Shown: positions 49,487 through 61,920 of the stretch, one piece after another
Position numbering within the stretch: position 1 is the stretch's first letter
Layout: each line of letters opens with the position of its first letter
Assembly: GCF_030684315.1 (NCBI RefSeq)
Contig: NC_081384.1
Location: 4,073,829 to 4,137,828 of the forward strand
Reading direction: 5' to 3'
Origin: Stegostoma tigrinum
Taxonomy: Eukaryota
Length of the DNA: 64,000 nucleotides
Notes under the pieces: model-generated
Database searches by the model: none
Seen by the model: only the letters and a program-made list of their open reading frames with translations
Told to the model about the DNA's origin: nothing
Translations under genes and position numbers: made by a program

Positions 49487-52400
49487 TTGTTGGCTGTGCT
49501 CTGTTATGATTTGTTGTGTATTAGTCCAAGTGCCTGTGCTATTAGCAGTTAGCGAGATGGGTTTGATTCGGGATGGCCAAGTGCCAGAAAGGACAGCAGG
49601 AAATATAACCATCTGATCATCGACTGACCAATGGCAATACTGTTTGATAGGAAAATAGTACCCATGAGGGACTTATCCATGAATCAGAGAGGCTAGCAGA
49701 AACCGGCACATGTGATGGGAAAAAATCCCAAACATAGAGAGAGAGACATAAACACGCATAATCTTTAGATTCATTGTGTACTGAAATGAATAAAATGTGC
49801 AAGAATGTTTAAATTAACGCATCTGTGCACTGATAAGACAGCGAAATAACTTCGCCATTCAAACTAAACAAACAAGCAAAATACAACGTCGTCCATTGTC
49901 CTTGTATTCAGATAATTCACTAAACACTTATTAACTCATTTTTATTGCTTTCTCCCTTTAAATCGGAGCGCGGTTTTATGCTTCTTAATGGTCTGTCTTG
50001 GATTGTGGCTGTATAATTCAAGCTGCATTCAAGATGTTTCCATTAATATTTCCAACTCTGAGCGTTAGTTGCCACACGATTTCGTTCGCATATTTCGATG
50101 GATGTATAAAAATTTCTCGGTGGCTTGTATATTATGCAACTCCAGAATTCCTGATGGCTGTTTGTTGTGCTTCTGTTGCAGTTCACTCTGTATAAGAATG
50201 TGATTCGGCGAATGCGGTTTAATTTTGAGGCACGAACAGGGGATCTCAATACAAACTTTTAATCTTTAATTGAAACCACAAACCGAACGGAAGAAACTTT
50301 CCAAAATGAAAAGACAACTAAATCAAATCCCTGAAAAGGCACCAGCGGAGTAGGTCACAAAACAAGCGCCACGATGAATGTACAACTATAGTTGTACTCT
50401 TTCAAAGTTTCCGGAAAAAAAAAGTATGTGAAGGGTAATTTCGTGTAAAACTGCCATAAAGACAAACTCAGAGCGTACAGAAAATGGTTTGAAAAGAGTT
50501 AAAACCCCAAATGTTAGACAGTTGCGCCTTTTAAAGTGAGACCGTAGCTGCGACCAAGGACAACAAGACGGGATTTTGTCTGACGAAAGTATGGGGATAT
50601 GTAAATATGTTCTATTTAGCTGATTGAGTGCACCATTTACAGACTAATCCCATGTATTTAAACAAGTGCGGACGAATATTTCTGAAGGTCAGTTGCGTTA
50701 AGTGCTTAATAGATAACTGGGCGATATTGAGGACTACGCACAGCCTGCAAGCGTTCACATAACTAGTTTGGTGCACACACGTCAGATATCATTGAAAGTT
50801 GGTGTTCCGTCTTCTGTATGTGATATTTTACTGTACTCTTACATCATGCCTTATTGAAATAAAATAGTTGCGTTGTAATATTTATACTCGTAACGTTTAT
50901 TTGTTCAAATCTCAGTTCTCTTATCCGTGTCTCCTAGATTTATTTGCAAATGTCATCATTTTAAAAATATGACGACACAGAACAGGCTGCATCCGACTGT
51001 CTACCAAACGATTTCTGTCTAAAACAAAATTAGTTTTGATTTTTTTTTACTTTAGACAAAAACTCACAAATAGATTTCAAGTAGACGTAATTTTTTTCGT
51101 GTATAATCTGAAATGCTACAAGTGTCAGAGAGTTTATGTTGGACATTAAGGATTTATTTTTAGCAGTTCCTCTGGAAGGCACCACTTCCTGGTTTCAAAC
51201 ATCTGTTTCAAGGAATCATAAGCTGAGTGGTAAGAAATTAAAGAAAACCTTATTGCTAAAGACCACTTCATTTTAAGAAGCAGGTCGTTTTCTTGCTAAG
51301 AAACATGATGGGTTGAATATGGTGAGAAAGAAGAATTCAATACGAGGTGATAAAGCTTTTTTTTCCCACCTGGCAAATTCCTTGTATGAAATTCTTTGAA
51401 GAAATGGCCGTTACTAGATTCAGACCTAATGGCTCCATCTCACATCTCGAGCTAAGATATTTACTTTGCGTTTTATTTCTAAAGAAGTGTCATCAATGTC
51501 CTAATTTTTATGAAAGCTTTGAACAGTGATAAGAGTCTGCATATACACTGCAACTTTAAAAATGACTTTCATATTCGGAGACAACTGCTTTAAACCAGTC
51601 ACAATCTGATGTCAAATCTTCTATATTTTCACTTCCAGGCACTAAAATCTCCAAGTATACATGTCTACGTAACTGTAAGTTGGTTTGGTTTCATCAGTTT
51701 TATTCTTAAAATAACTGATACTGTAAAATTTGATTGCCTTCATCGTTGCAAGTTATCAGGGTGATTTAAAAGCAGTGTAAGTTTTGTTGCATTTATTAAC
51801 AAATGCATTCAAAACTAAGTTCAGAATAAGTAGGCAGGACACATATTGCAATGTTGAGACTTGTTCTGGAGCTCAATTATTCAACGTTGCGTTTCCAAAT
51901 TTTATCGTAGCTGCTATTGAAGATGTGAATGCTTTCATCGAATTGTAAGTCTTTTTTTTGGATGAGATACTTTTTCAAAAGCAAACTTGGCATTTGCTCG
52001 TTTCAACGAGCATTTTACGGCTTAAGTCTTCGGTATTCCTTCCATCCCGGCTATGTTGCCTTTTACTGTGAGCGAGGTCACTATTTACTTTCCGTGTCAA
52101 TTTCAACATCTCTTTGTCATGAAGGGAATATAAAATACCCTTTGAAAGTGTGGGAAGGTAAAATTAAAGGGGCTGGTAGCAGTACTGTGTTTCTTGTTTA
52201 TTGTTTATGAGCCGGGACATTAAAGGCAGAAATTCGTTTACAACCGCTGTGTTTACGCAGCGAAGGAGGAGTCTAGCACATAAGAAGACTGGTTTGCAGT
52301 GTTGCTATCTGTCCAGGGATGTATAGCAAATTTGGGCCTTGTTCACAATTTGCTGCTAAGCCGATAGAGACAAGAATTTATTCCAAAGAGATCTGTTTAC

Positions 52401-52844
52401 ACGAGAGTTTTACAAATCTCAACTGCGGATTAACGTTGACACAAAATTCGATTTAGTCAATAACCTTTCATCTAAAGCCGTTCTCTTTAATACCCATTGG
52501 CTGCTATTAAGGTAAAACGTTTGTGAGGAAAGACTATGCCGATTACAATGCATTTACACACTGGCAAATCACCACGTAAAGATTACAGTGAACTGCATCT
52601 TTTGCGTATACTAGTTTCATGGTTTCCTTTTTTAAAGGGAGCAACCAAAAACAATAAAACCACAAGCATACAGTTTCATTCTAGTTAGTACAATTATTGC
52701 ATTGAGTCACAGAAGTAAAGCGAAAGCAAATTTGTAACTTCCTAGACACCAATAATGATAACCACTGCTAATTTATTCAGTTGTTTATAAACATGTATAT
52801 TACCCGCAATCGCCCCCCCCCCCACCACATGCACATGCACACAG

Positions 52845-52867
52845 GCGCGCGCGCGCACACACACACA
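52845..52867. repeat. (GC)6(AC)n compound microsatellite
   Basis: gcgcgcgcgcgcacacacacaca, read directly. Confidence 0.9.
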
Positions 52868-54067
52868 AATTGCATGTATACAACATAGGTACTCATTCAC
52901 ACAGCTTAGATCGTTTGCAAAATTTGCAGATAACAGAGTGCATCTCTTTTGCTCCCTATTTCCTCGGCGGAATGGAACGCAGGGTGGCAGCAGAGAGCAA
53001 CAAATCCTGTTTCCCTGCCCCCAGCAAAAACTGTGATAGATTTACATTATATCAATGCAGAACTACTGGGCCTCTTGGTTGCTAAACATTCTAAACCACG
53101 GTCATCTAAACGCCATCTTATATTATATCATCAGACTGTTACCCATTAACTGTGTAAGCTGAAACCTTAATGCTCCCCAACAGAAAAAAGAAGCCGTCGC
53201 ACATCATAAACGTTTGAATTTGTAACTCCAGAAGCAAGTAGTTGACTGAGAACAAATTATTAACAATCGTGAAGCACAATTGGGGGAAGTATTATTATTA
53301 CAGCATAGCTGCAATACGTCAGTGCGTTAGTCTTAGTGACACTGCCCGTCCTAATTGCTGTTCTTGATTTTAAAAAAATGTTCACGTAATGAGCGACGCT
53401 CGAGAAAAGATTCACAATCACCGAAGCTCGTTTAGCCTTACTACTTAGCAAAACTCATGCTCGACCACAATTAAAAATCTTGTCAACACGCCACCGCGAC
53501 ACTGGATACCAGGTTTTCTAACTATGTAACAGAGATCTGAAATAGAATCGCTTGCCATCAATTCCCAAACTTGCGGTCTTCCGGTTAAATTAAGGAAATA
53601 ACTTTCACATTATTCAAATTGAAGCCTCTGAGCACGAACTTATTGTCATTAAAATGCAGCTAAATATTTTCTAACTGAAGTCAACAAGTCTCCATTTTCT
53701 CACCATTCGCTGAAATTCTGCACGGTCATTTGTTACAATTGTTGAAAAATCCAATAATGAATATATGCAATATTCATCTTACCTTTGCAACAGCATCTGT
53801 GGTTTTGCTTGGATCATCGCTCGCTCAATTTGGAAATAGCGCGATTTGTTATTTCGCGAGCAATATTGTCCCAAACTGATAGCCGTCGGTTAACCCGCGG
53901 CCGCAGACTAGCTGGGTTATGCATCAGTCATTTACACGGAAATCGGAATTCGAGCCTCTTTGAAAAATGATATCATCCACATCACTGAGATTTGCGCCAC
54001 TCCATCCATTGCTGAAATTCCCAATCGACAGACAAGTGGTAGATTACAAAAAAAGTCTTGTTTACTT

Positions 54068-54113
54068 TGTGTGCGTGTGTGTGTGCGTGTGTATGTGTGT
54101 GTGTGTGTGTGTG
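54068..54113. repeat. Imperfect (TG)n microsatellite
   Basis: Read directly from the sequence. Confidence 0.95.
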
Positions 54114-54320
54114 AGCATATAACGATGTATGTGTTTGCACCTCCAATAGTAACTATCAAAGTTTCAAAAAAAACCGATAGAAGCCCCGAGGAGGACACAG
54201 GACCGACCCAAGGTACGGTGGCCAAAAGAATACTGCAATATACTCACATGGGAAATCATAAAAAGTTCATGTTCACGGTTGCTATCCACATGACCGGCAG
54301 CGGCCAATCGAAGGACCGAT

Positions 54321-54392
54321 CCACTCATAAAGTTCTATCACAAAGTTGTAAATTTTCATAAAACAACAAGGAATTTATTGCATTTCTTCATG
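54321..54392. promoter_or_regulatory. Four-cluster conserved sequence between Hox7 and Hox6 (H8/7-6 FCS type)
   Basis: CATAAAG...AAGTTGTAAATTTTCATAAAACAACAAGGAATTTATTGCATTTCTTCATG, a dense Cdx/Hox TTTA(T/C) block at the expected position. Confidence 0.7.
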
Positions 54393-55634
54393 ACTAGCAA
54401 CAACAGGCCCCCTCGCCGCCATGTTGTGTGCCAATGAAAAATGGTAAAAAGAATATTTTCTAAAATGTTTTCTTACATAATGGCACTGCTTTGCCTGGGT
54501 TACATTCTCTTTTATTCTATTCCACATTATATTGACCTTGTTCCCTGTTTGCTTCCCATGTTCGCCGCAGCCTTTCTAAAGAAAGATAAGTGGCTGCAGG
54601 AACTAGAAAAAAAACGCTTTTGCGAAAATTGTCTTTTTTTGACTTTTTCCTTTGTTCGTGCACTTGAGGTGAAATCAACAGAAAATTACAGTGTTAAAAT
54701 GGCAACTTAGCTTCTCATAAGGAAACAAAATGGTCCGTTAAACGAAATTTAACTGGGTTTGCCTTGAAAGCCCATTTTCTCTGTTCGCAAATTACCTTCC
54801 CCAACTTAAATTTTAATTCGTATTATTCGTGTTTTTATTTTTTAGGGGGTCAAAATTGGATCGTTATTGCAGTAGCATAGCGACTTTCTTGCTCAAATCA
54901 GGAAGATTCCCTCGTCCTGTACACCATAAAATGAAGAGGACAAGAGCGAGTATAAAAAGACGTAAATCTCTTCTGCGTAAATGGCTGGACTTACATCCAC
55001 TATCTGTATGGCGCAATGCGTGTAAATTTTTCTTTAAAAATTAGATATTTAAATGGCAGAAGTAGTGAATTGATATATAACAATTACACTCGTGAATGAA
55101 TCAAAATTACACTAACTGTTCCATTTTGTTTTCTAAGGGTGTTAGAAGAATATTTACCCTTCTTTCCGACAAAAAACTTCATTGGTGAGAAACACTTAGA
55201 TACGCAAAGGGTATTTAACTTACAATATAATTGTTAATTCGTGGTATAAGAATAATTCCAAATTTGGTGAAATGTTTTGCCTTCTTTCCCCACGCCGAAA
55301 CCAGCTAAGTTCTCTTGATACGGTGTTATAGCTTTATTTAGCCAGAGGAGGGTTTATATTCCATGAAAACGTCCCGTTGCCATTGTTGCGCGTAATGTTG
55401 AATCAGGGAAATCTAGATTTTAAGGATTGGAGACGCACAGACTGGAGCGCAAAACTCGGAGTATGCCGGACAGAAAATCTTCCTTTGACCGAATTGGTCT
55501 TTATTCATAAACCCAGACTCGAAATTGTGTTGTTTCGTTGAGAATTAGATTATGATTCCTTCTGGTTTGTGTGTATTTTGTGGCAGAAAATATCGACTTT
55601 GACAGAGAAAACCAATAACGAAAAACATTCTAGT

Positions 55635-55640
55635 TTTATT
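55635..55640 (-). terminator. Candidate poly(A) signal for HoxB7
   Basis: AATAAA on the minus strand about 550 nt after the stop, with a T/GT-rich downstream element. Confidence 0.5.
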
Positions 55641-56081
55641 TCACAGAACAGTTTACATCCTTCATAGCTAAAGCGCGAAATCTCAACTGAGCAAACGTAA
55701 TGGTCCATATTTAAATATCAAAAAAATGTACAGTTGAGTTACACTCAATACTTCCACCAGAACACCATTTTATATATTTAACTGTAACAGGAGTTTATAC
55801 GAACACAATCATCTGTACACAGGTTGTGACTACACAAGACTCCTTTTGGAAACTATTCTTAATGACAAGAAATTACATCAATACAGTAACAAATATAAAG
55901 TCACTGACATTGTTTTCCTTTAAATACACCAGATAAAACAATGCTAATTACAATAACGACAATTCATCACATCAAAAAAGCTAACGCACAGATCTATATA
56001 TACTGTACTTGTACAATATAGATTTGGGTTATTCCCCTCTAATCTGTACAAAACAAACTACAAGTAAAACTGTTACAGATT

Positions 56082-56089
56082 TAGGTAGT
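56082..56089 (-). promoter_or_regulatory. miR-196 8mer seed site in the HoxB7 3'UTR
   Basis: mRNA ACUACCUA about 100 nt after the stop codon. Confidence 0.75.
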
Positions 56090-56190
56090 ATTCTGTTTCA
56101 GTGTTAAGAAATGAGGAACAAATCGTTCCACTTGTTTAAAAAAGTCTTTTAATTTTATCCCTCGTGTTGAGTTTTTAAAAGTTTTTGTTT

Positions 56191-56517
<327 letters not shown>

Positions 56518-57896
56518 CTAAACAGTCGGCATTGCTATTTCCTGTACTCTACTTCTGCCACTAATTTCAGCGTAGTGTCCCGAATATTCTCCGTGACAGA
56601 TACAATAAATTACTGTCGGAAACTAACTGATTACAATCAATGTAAAGTTTGTAATAATGCTTTATAAAGTAGACGGCGATGACTCTATATAGGGAAGTAT
56701 TTAAACTGTTTACACGGCACTTACAGGTCTGAGACAACTGTCATGTTATGAAACTCAGAAGCATGTTGACTTTAATTTTTTTATTCAACAATTATTTAAA
56801 ACAAGGAAGCATGTATCAGCTTAACAGCTATAATCTATTGATGGATGATCATTGTCCTACATCCTTACCGCACTCTGCATATGGTGAATTAATATTATGT
56901 AACTTAAAATTGACAGGTAGTTATGAAATGGATACTGTTATTTGTTTTAAAGCACAATACAGTGGTACATTTTGTCTGAATGGTCCTGCAAGAAAGCACC
57001 AATCTCCAAACTCGGCAAAGATTCCCGAACTTTGCACTTCACCAAACATTCGGAAGAAAAGGAGACCAGTGCGGAATAGGCACTGGAAAAAGCCTCTCGC
57101 TTGTTTGGTGGAAGATAACTGTTTAAATAGGAGAACGGAGCTCCCTCCTCTTCCCCTGCCCCAAACCACCCCTCTTTCACACCATTACCGCTGCCGTATC
57201 GTATGTATTGCATAACCACAAACTGCCGCATTGGTTTGACTGGGCCAACACAACGGTAGGCTGTACATTTAAGTAATTCCCATTGAACAGAAATATCCTG
57301 ATAAATTTTTAATGCTAGTTTTTGCACTTTTTGTAGCCTCCATTTGTCATCTTCTTACCATCCTTGATCTATTCCGCTTCAATCAACACAAGCAATTCCC
57401 CCAACCCACCCCAGTTCTCTCCACCACCAAACCTCCCTCCCTTTGCAGCCGCTTCCATAATACAAAAAGCGTACCGCAACTTCTAAAGACAGAGGGGATC
57501 TTTGAGTAGCAGAGGACTTGCAATTAATAGGAATGAACAGAAAAAGAGGGCGATTTAGATCTCATGGGATCCTTCGGATACAATATTGCTTTTGATGGAA
57601 TTAAGAGTTGGCGAAAATGTAAGGGAACGGTTTTTTTTTGACGTGTCGGACTGAGTTGTCCCACAACATAAAGTGCAGATCCTTATTTGAGGTTTTATTT
57701 TCAGATAGATTTGGCAATTTGTCACATGGAGCTAATAATATATATTATAGTCAGCGATTTGATTGATTCTGGGTGTGAGTGCATTGCATTTTATACCCCT
57801 GTTTCGTGAACGTCACAAATGAACACGACATCCTAATGCAATAAAGCAATTGACGGTCCCTCTAAGAGAACGCATTTTATGTGACTTTTCACATAC

Positions 57897-58296
57897 CTGA
57901 GCTCTTCATCCAAGGATAGATCCGGAAGTTCTCGGACTGGGGGTCTGTCTCTCTTTGCTCCGACTTGCTGCAACTCTGCTTGCAGGAGTCCCCTGCGCCA
58001 CACATCAGTGAGGAGAGGTTATGATCAAATGAAGAACAGTGCATGTTAAAGGAGTTCGCGTTGAGGCCATAAGGAGACGTGTACATGGTCGGGGACTGGT
58101 GGTGCAGGCTGTTAGCTGTGCTGTACAAACCCGGTACAGTGGCTGCGTAAGAAGCCGACCCAGAGCCATAGCCCGACCGCTGGGAGTTTGAGGCAAAGGC
58201 GCAAGAAGTTGGTTCCGAAAAAACCCCCGATGGAAAAACAGAAGTTCCAGCTGTATATTTCGAAAATAAAGCATTCGCATAATACAATGAACTCAT
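57897..58296 (-). CDS. HOXB7: HoxB7 coding exon 1 (spliced protein 211 aa)
   Basis: [15 protein letters not shown]-terminus; [11 protein letters not shown] hexapeptide; donor TCAG|GTATGT, phase 1. Confidence 0.95.
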
Positions 58297-58334
58297 AATT
58301 TGGCTGGTGATTTGTAGGCCGGGACGTTTCAGTG

Positions 58335-58450
58335 TCGGTTTTACGAGGTACGGTGATATATTACGGAATTAGAGTCCAGATTTACACCAAAAGAACCCCC
58401 TTTTTCCTCCCGATGCACGTGATATCGGCACGTGATATGGCGGGCCAATG
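58335..58450 (-). promoter_or_regulatory. HoxB7 proximal promoter
   Basis: TTTTACGA and GATTTAC homeodomain sites, tandem GCACGTGATAT E-boxes (58415-58438) and CCAAT (about 58445). Confidence 0.65.
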
Positions 58451-59181
58451 AGAATCGGGCTACCCGCGGCTTCTTTGGATGATAAAAAAATTCTCTAATC
58501 AAAAGAAAAATTCCTGCATCCAAGTCATAATATGTCTACCTTCAAATACAAGGTGAATAGGAGATTATGGGCTTGGCCGATCGATCCTTTAGATGGGAAT
58601 TTAAATAAATCAATTCGCTTTCTGTCGCTTGCATTCAGCTTCCAGTGGAAACGCATTTGTCAAAACAGCTTTCTTTCGGTTCGCTTGCGCTGTAACATCG
58701 CGCACTGAGTCCCAATAATCGATATGTACCTTAATGTGGCTCACTGGCCAGAGGAGAGCCCGGGGACGTGTCCTTCCAAAACTACACTGTAATCGCAACA
58801 TTTACACAAACAGATTAAACAGATATCTGCTCACTTTATTCGTCACAGCAACTCCAGGACGAACTTCAACTTGTTTTACTTAAAAGGGGGAGGGGGAGGT
58901 GGGATGGGAGGGAGTGAGGAATTATGAGTGCAAATGAGTCAAGTGAGCTGCAAACATAAACAGGTCACTAATAAAAAAGTCAGAAAGACAAATTGAGTCA
59001 GGTGCGATTGCAATGTCTTATTGATATTTAATGCTCAGTTTTCAACAATATTATCCATCCATCTGTCTGTTTGCAGACTGCACAATATATGCAATTTCTT
59101 TCTGCCAAATCTCCTCATTCAAATAAATTCTACTTAGAAAAGAAGCCGAGCAATTTCACAGTTCTGTTTTCGCTTGTAAAG

Positions 59182-59187
59182 TTTATT
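59182..59187 (-). terminator. Candidate poly(A) signal for HoxB8
   Basis: AATAAA on the minus strand, downstream of the miR-196 site. Confidence 0.5.
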
Positions 59188-59474
59188 GTACCCTTTTCCG
59201 CCGCTTGCATGTTCAAACAATAGCCCAATCTCGACTATAACATTAATGCATCACCAGTCCTTCATTCCCACCACCCCCACCTCCCCTAAATAAAGCAATT
59301 CACGTATACAGTAGACTTTTCTCACAGTTAAAGCTTAAAGACCAGTTTCCTCATGTTTTGATTTTTTTTAAAAAAGTCGTTACGTCTGCACATGCCAATT
59401 TGGGGAGAAAGCAATAATATAAATACAGCAAAGACCGTAAACAATAACACAATCTAAAATCGCTAAAGCTTAAA

Positions 59475-59496
59475 TAGGCAGCTTCATGTTGTCGGG
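59475..59496 (-). promoter_or_regulatory. Near-perfect miR-196 target site in the HoxB8 3'UTR
   Basis: mRNA CCCGACAACAUGAAGCUGCCUA pairs along the full length of miR-196a (UAGGUAGUUUCAUGUUGUUGGG) with three G:U wobbles. Confidence 0.92.
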
Positions 59497-59862
59497 ATTT
59501 TCCTTAAAGCTAATGGTTATTAGCTGAAGTAGTGCACACGGCTTAAATATTCTACAGCAGTATTTCAAAAGACACAGACACACTAGAACATTGATCTATG
59601 AACTTCACATTAAATACTTTCACAAGAATTCACTTATTACAGCTAGAGTGCTACACAACCACAGGTATATAGCTGGTAAAAAGTTGAAGTACTCATTTTA
59701 ATCTGCACCTCCATCATTTGCACACAATCCTGTGTATCAAACAGTAAACAGGAAAATTTGTTCTGCTTCTCGCACCCGCACTATTTAAAAACTGTCTACT
59801 TTTTTTTCCTTTTTCCCTCGGATTAACCTCTGGTGTGGTAAAGTATCAATATTATTTTGTTA

Positions 59863-60140
59863 TTAATCTTTTCCTTCGTCTTCTTTCACGTCCTTCTCCT
59901 TTGGAGTTTCCTCAATTTCGGATTTACTGCTGGGAAACTTGTCTTTGTTATTTTCCTTCTTCCATTTCATTCGTCTGTTCTGGAACCAAATTTTGACCTG
60001 TCTCTCGGTCAGTCCCAGGGCGTGTGACACTTCGATCCGCCTTTTGCGAGTCAGATATGGATTGAACAAAAATTCTTTTTCAAGTTCTAGTGTCTGATAG
60101 CGACTGTATGTTTGTCTTCCCCTGCGCCGTCCTGCAGCTA
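59863..60140 (-). CDS. HOXB8: HoxB8 coding exon 2 (homeodomain)
   Basis: Acceptor CCTAG|TAG (NAGNAG), then [72 protein letters not shown]. Tandem TAA TAA stops. Confidence 0.95.
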
Positions 60141-60160
60141 CTAGGAAACAGAGAGGGGGA

Positions 60161-60203
<43 letters not shown>
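60161..60203. repeat. (GA)n microsatellite in the HoxB8 intron
   Basis: Read directly; (CT)n on the transcribed strand, just upstream of the acceptor. Confidence 0.95.
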
Positions 60204-60206
<3 letters not shown>

Positions 60207-60556
60207 GGGAAGCAAAAAAATGGGCTCAATGAGGCTTTGTAGTTATACGGAGGGCTCCAAAACAAGATTCAAACACTGTTAAACAGTATTCAACACCGTA
60301 GGAAAAATACGCCATAAAACTGCAATAAAACTGCAAACAGCATGCAATATAGCACCCTTTAAAAAACCGCTCCAGGATCATTAAAGTATAAAGTAATTTA
60401 CAAGTACTGAACTTCAGAATCATAAAACACTAAAGTTGCAACGTTTCTTTTATTGGCTCAGGAAATGAACCTTTCTGCGTTTTAAAATGTATGTGTGCAT
60501 TATCCCTGTCCTTTCTGTCTGCCTCTTTCTTTTGCTGGCCCATGTCAAAGCCTCAC

Positions 60557-60983
60557 CTTGCGGTCTCATCCACGGAAACAGCTGTGTCGGGGATGAACTC
60601 TGGTCTGAAATCTCTGCTTCTTCTCCTAGGTTGGTAGCCGTCGACTTGCAGTCGGGATATTGGATCAGTTCGGCCTCTTGTTGGGCAGCGAAAATTGGCT
60701 GTCTTTGCAGAGCATCGTAGCCGTAGAAACTGCCGGCATCCCCGTGACACGTCACCGCACACGGATTTTGCTGGTAGGCGGAGGTGGAGAGGGTAGCGGC
60801 GCCGTGGTGGTAAAAATCCTGGATCTGGCCGGGATGTTGGAAGCTGCCCCCGGTGCCGGGTCCATAAACCACGGTGGGTCTGCCGCCAAGGTCCTGGGTG
60901 AAACCACAGTCATAATAATTGGGGCGCAGCGTCTCCCCACTTTTATACTTGGAAAACAACGAATTGACAAAGTAGGAGCTCAT
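60557..60983 (-). CDS. HOXB8: HoxB8 coding exon 1 (spliced protein about 234 aa)
   Basis: [29 protein letters not shown]-terminus; [12 protein letters not shown] hexapeptide; donor CAAG|GTGAGG, phase 1. Confidence 0.96.
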
Positions 60984-61824
60984 TGGGAAGGACTAAGATC
61001 TTTCTGTTCAACAAATGGAACTTAGTGTTTGGTAATCAGACAAGCAAACAAGCCAAGATTTTTAAAAAAAAATTAAGCCTTCATCTTATTGATCTCAACA
61101 AATAGTGTCCTGGCATCACATCTTCGTGAAGAGGCTCACTCATAAACAGTTTTCTGTGATTTACTTCAGCCCAAATGAGTTGTTTCATATTTTGCCGTCT
61201 CTTTTCATGATAATTTGCATTTATTACCTCAACCACGTCCTATTGGCTTCGCTTACTCCGTACGGACACTGCACCGTGTGAAAAGGGAATGGTGCGAGAG
61301 AGAGGGAATGAGGGAAAGATAGAGAGGGGGGAATATGCGGATTAATATATTCAACCATGTTCATTACCGGGATATCAGCCGCTTTACAACAGATGAAATA
61401 CATACGCCACCAAAAGATTGATAAGGGGAAGTATCCACGCTGTTGTGAAGTAAAGGATAGACATTCAGACGTTAATTTCCAAACCATTTAATGAGAATAT
61501 GCGTCTCTTTTAAAGGTCAGAGTTACATCAACAAGACATGGAAGTACTGTACCACTCCGAAAATCTAATTACTATCAACTGTGGATCTAATTGCTATTTT
61601 TTCTCCCAAGTTATTGCAGTGTAGCGACAGGTCCAATGGCATACAAAAGCAAATTATTTGATTGTTTTTAAGTTTCATCTGAAAGAATTTTGAAATCTAG
61701 TAGTATTTAACAATTTAATGAACCGTTCTCCTATTATTAATAAAGCTTTATAACTGGTACTTGGACGGACCCTAGAACAGTAACAGTCATCTGAGAACTA
61801 TAGGAAAGAGATTAAGGAACTATA

Positions 61825-61920
61825 ACGCGTAATAAAAGCACAGCCTGTTATTGTTTATAACATGCAGTGAACGGCAGTTAGAGTTTTTACGAGAGGCTCT
61901 GCGCGGAGCAGTAAAACATG
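61825..61920. promoter_or_regulatory. Cdx-site cluster upstream of HoxB8
   Basis: TAATAAAA, TTATTG, TTTATAA, TTTTTACGA and CAGTAAAA within 100 bp, about 0.9 kb upstream of the ATG. Mouse Hoxb8 has a Cdx-responsive upstream enhancer. Confidence 0.5.
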
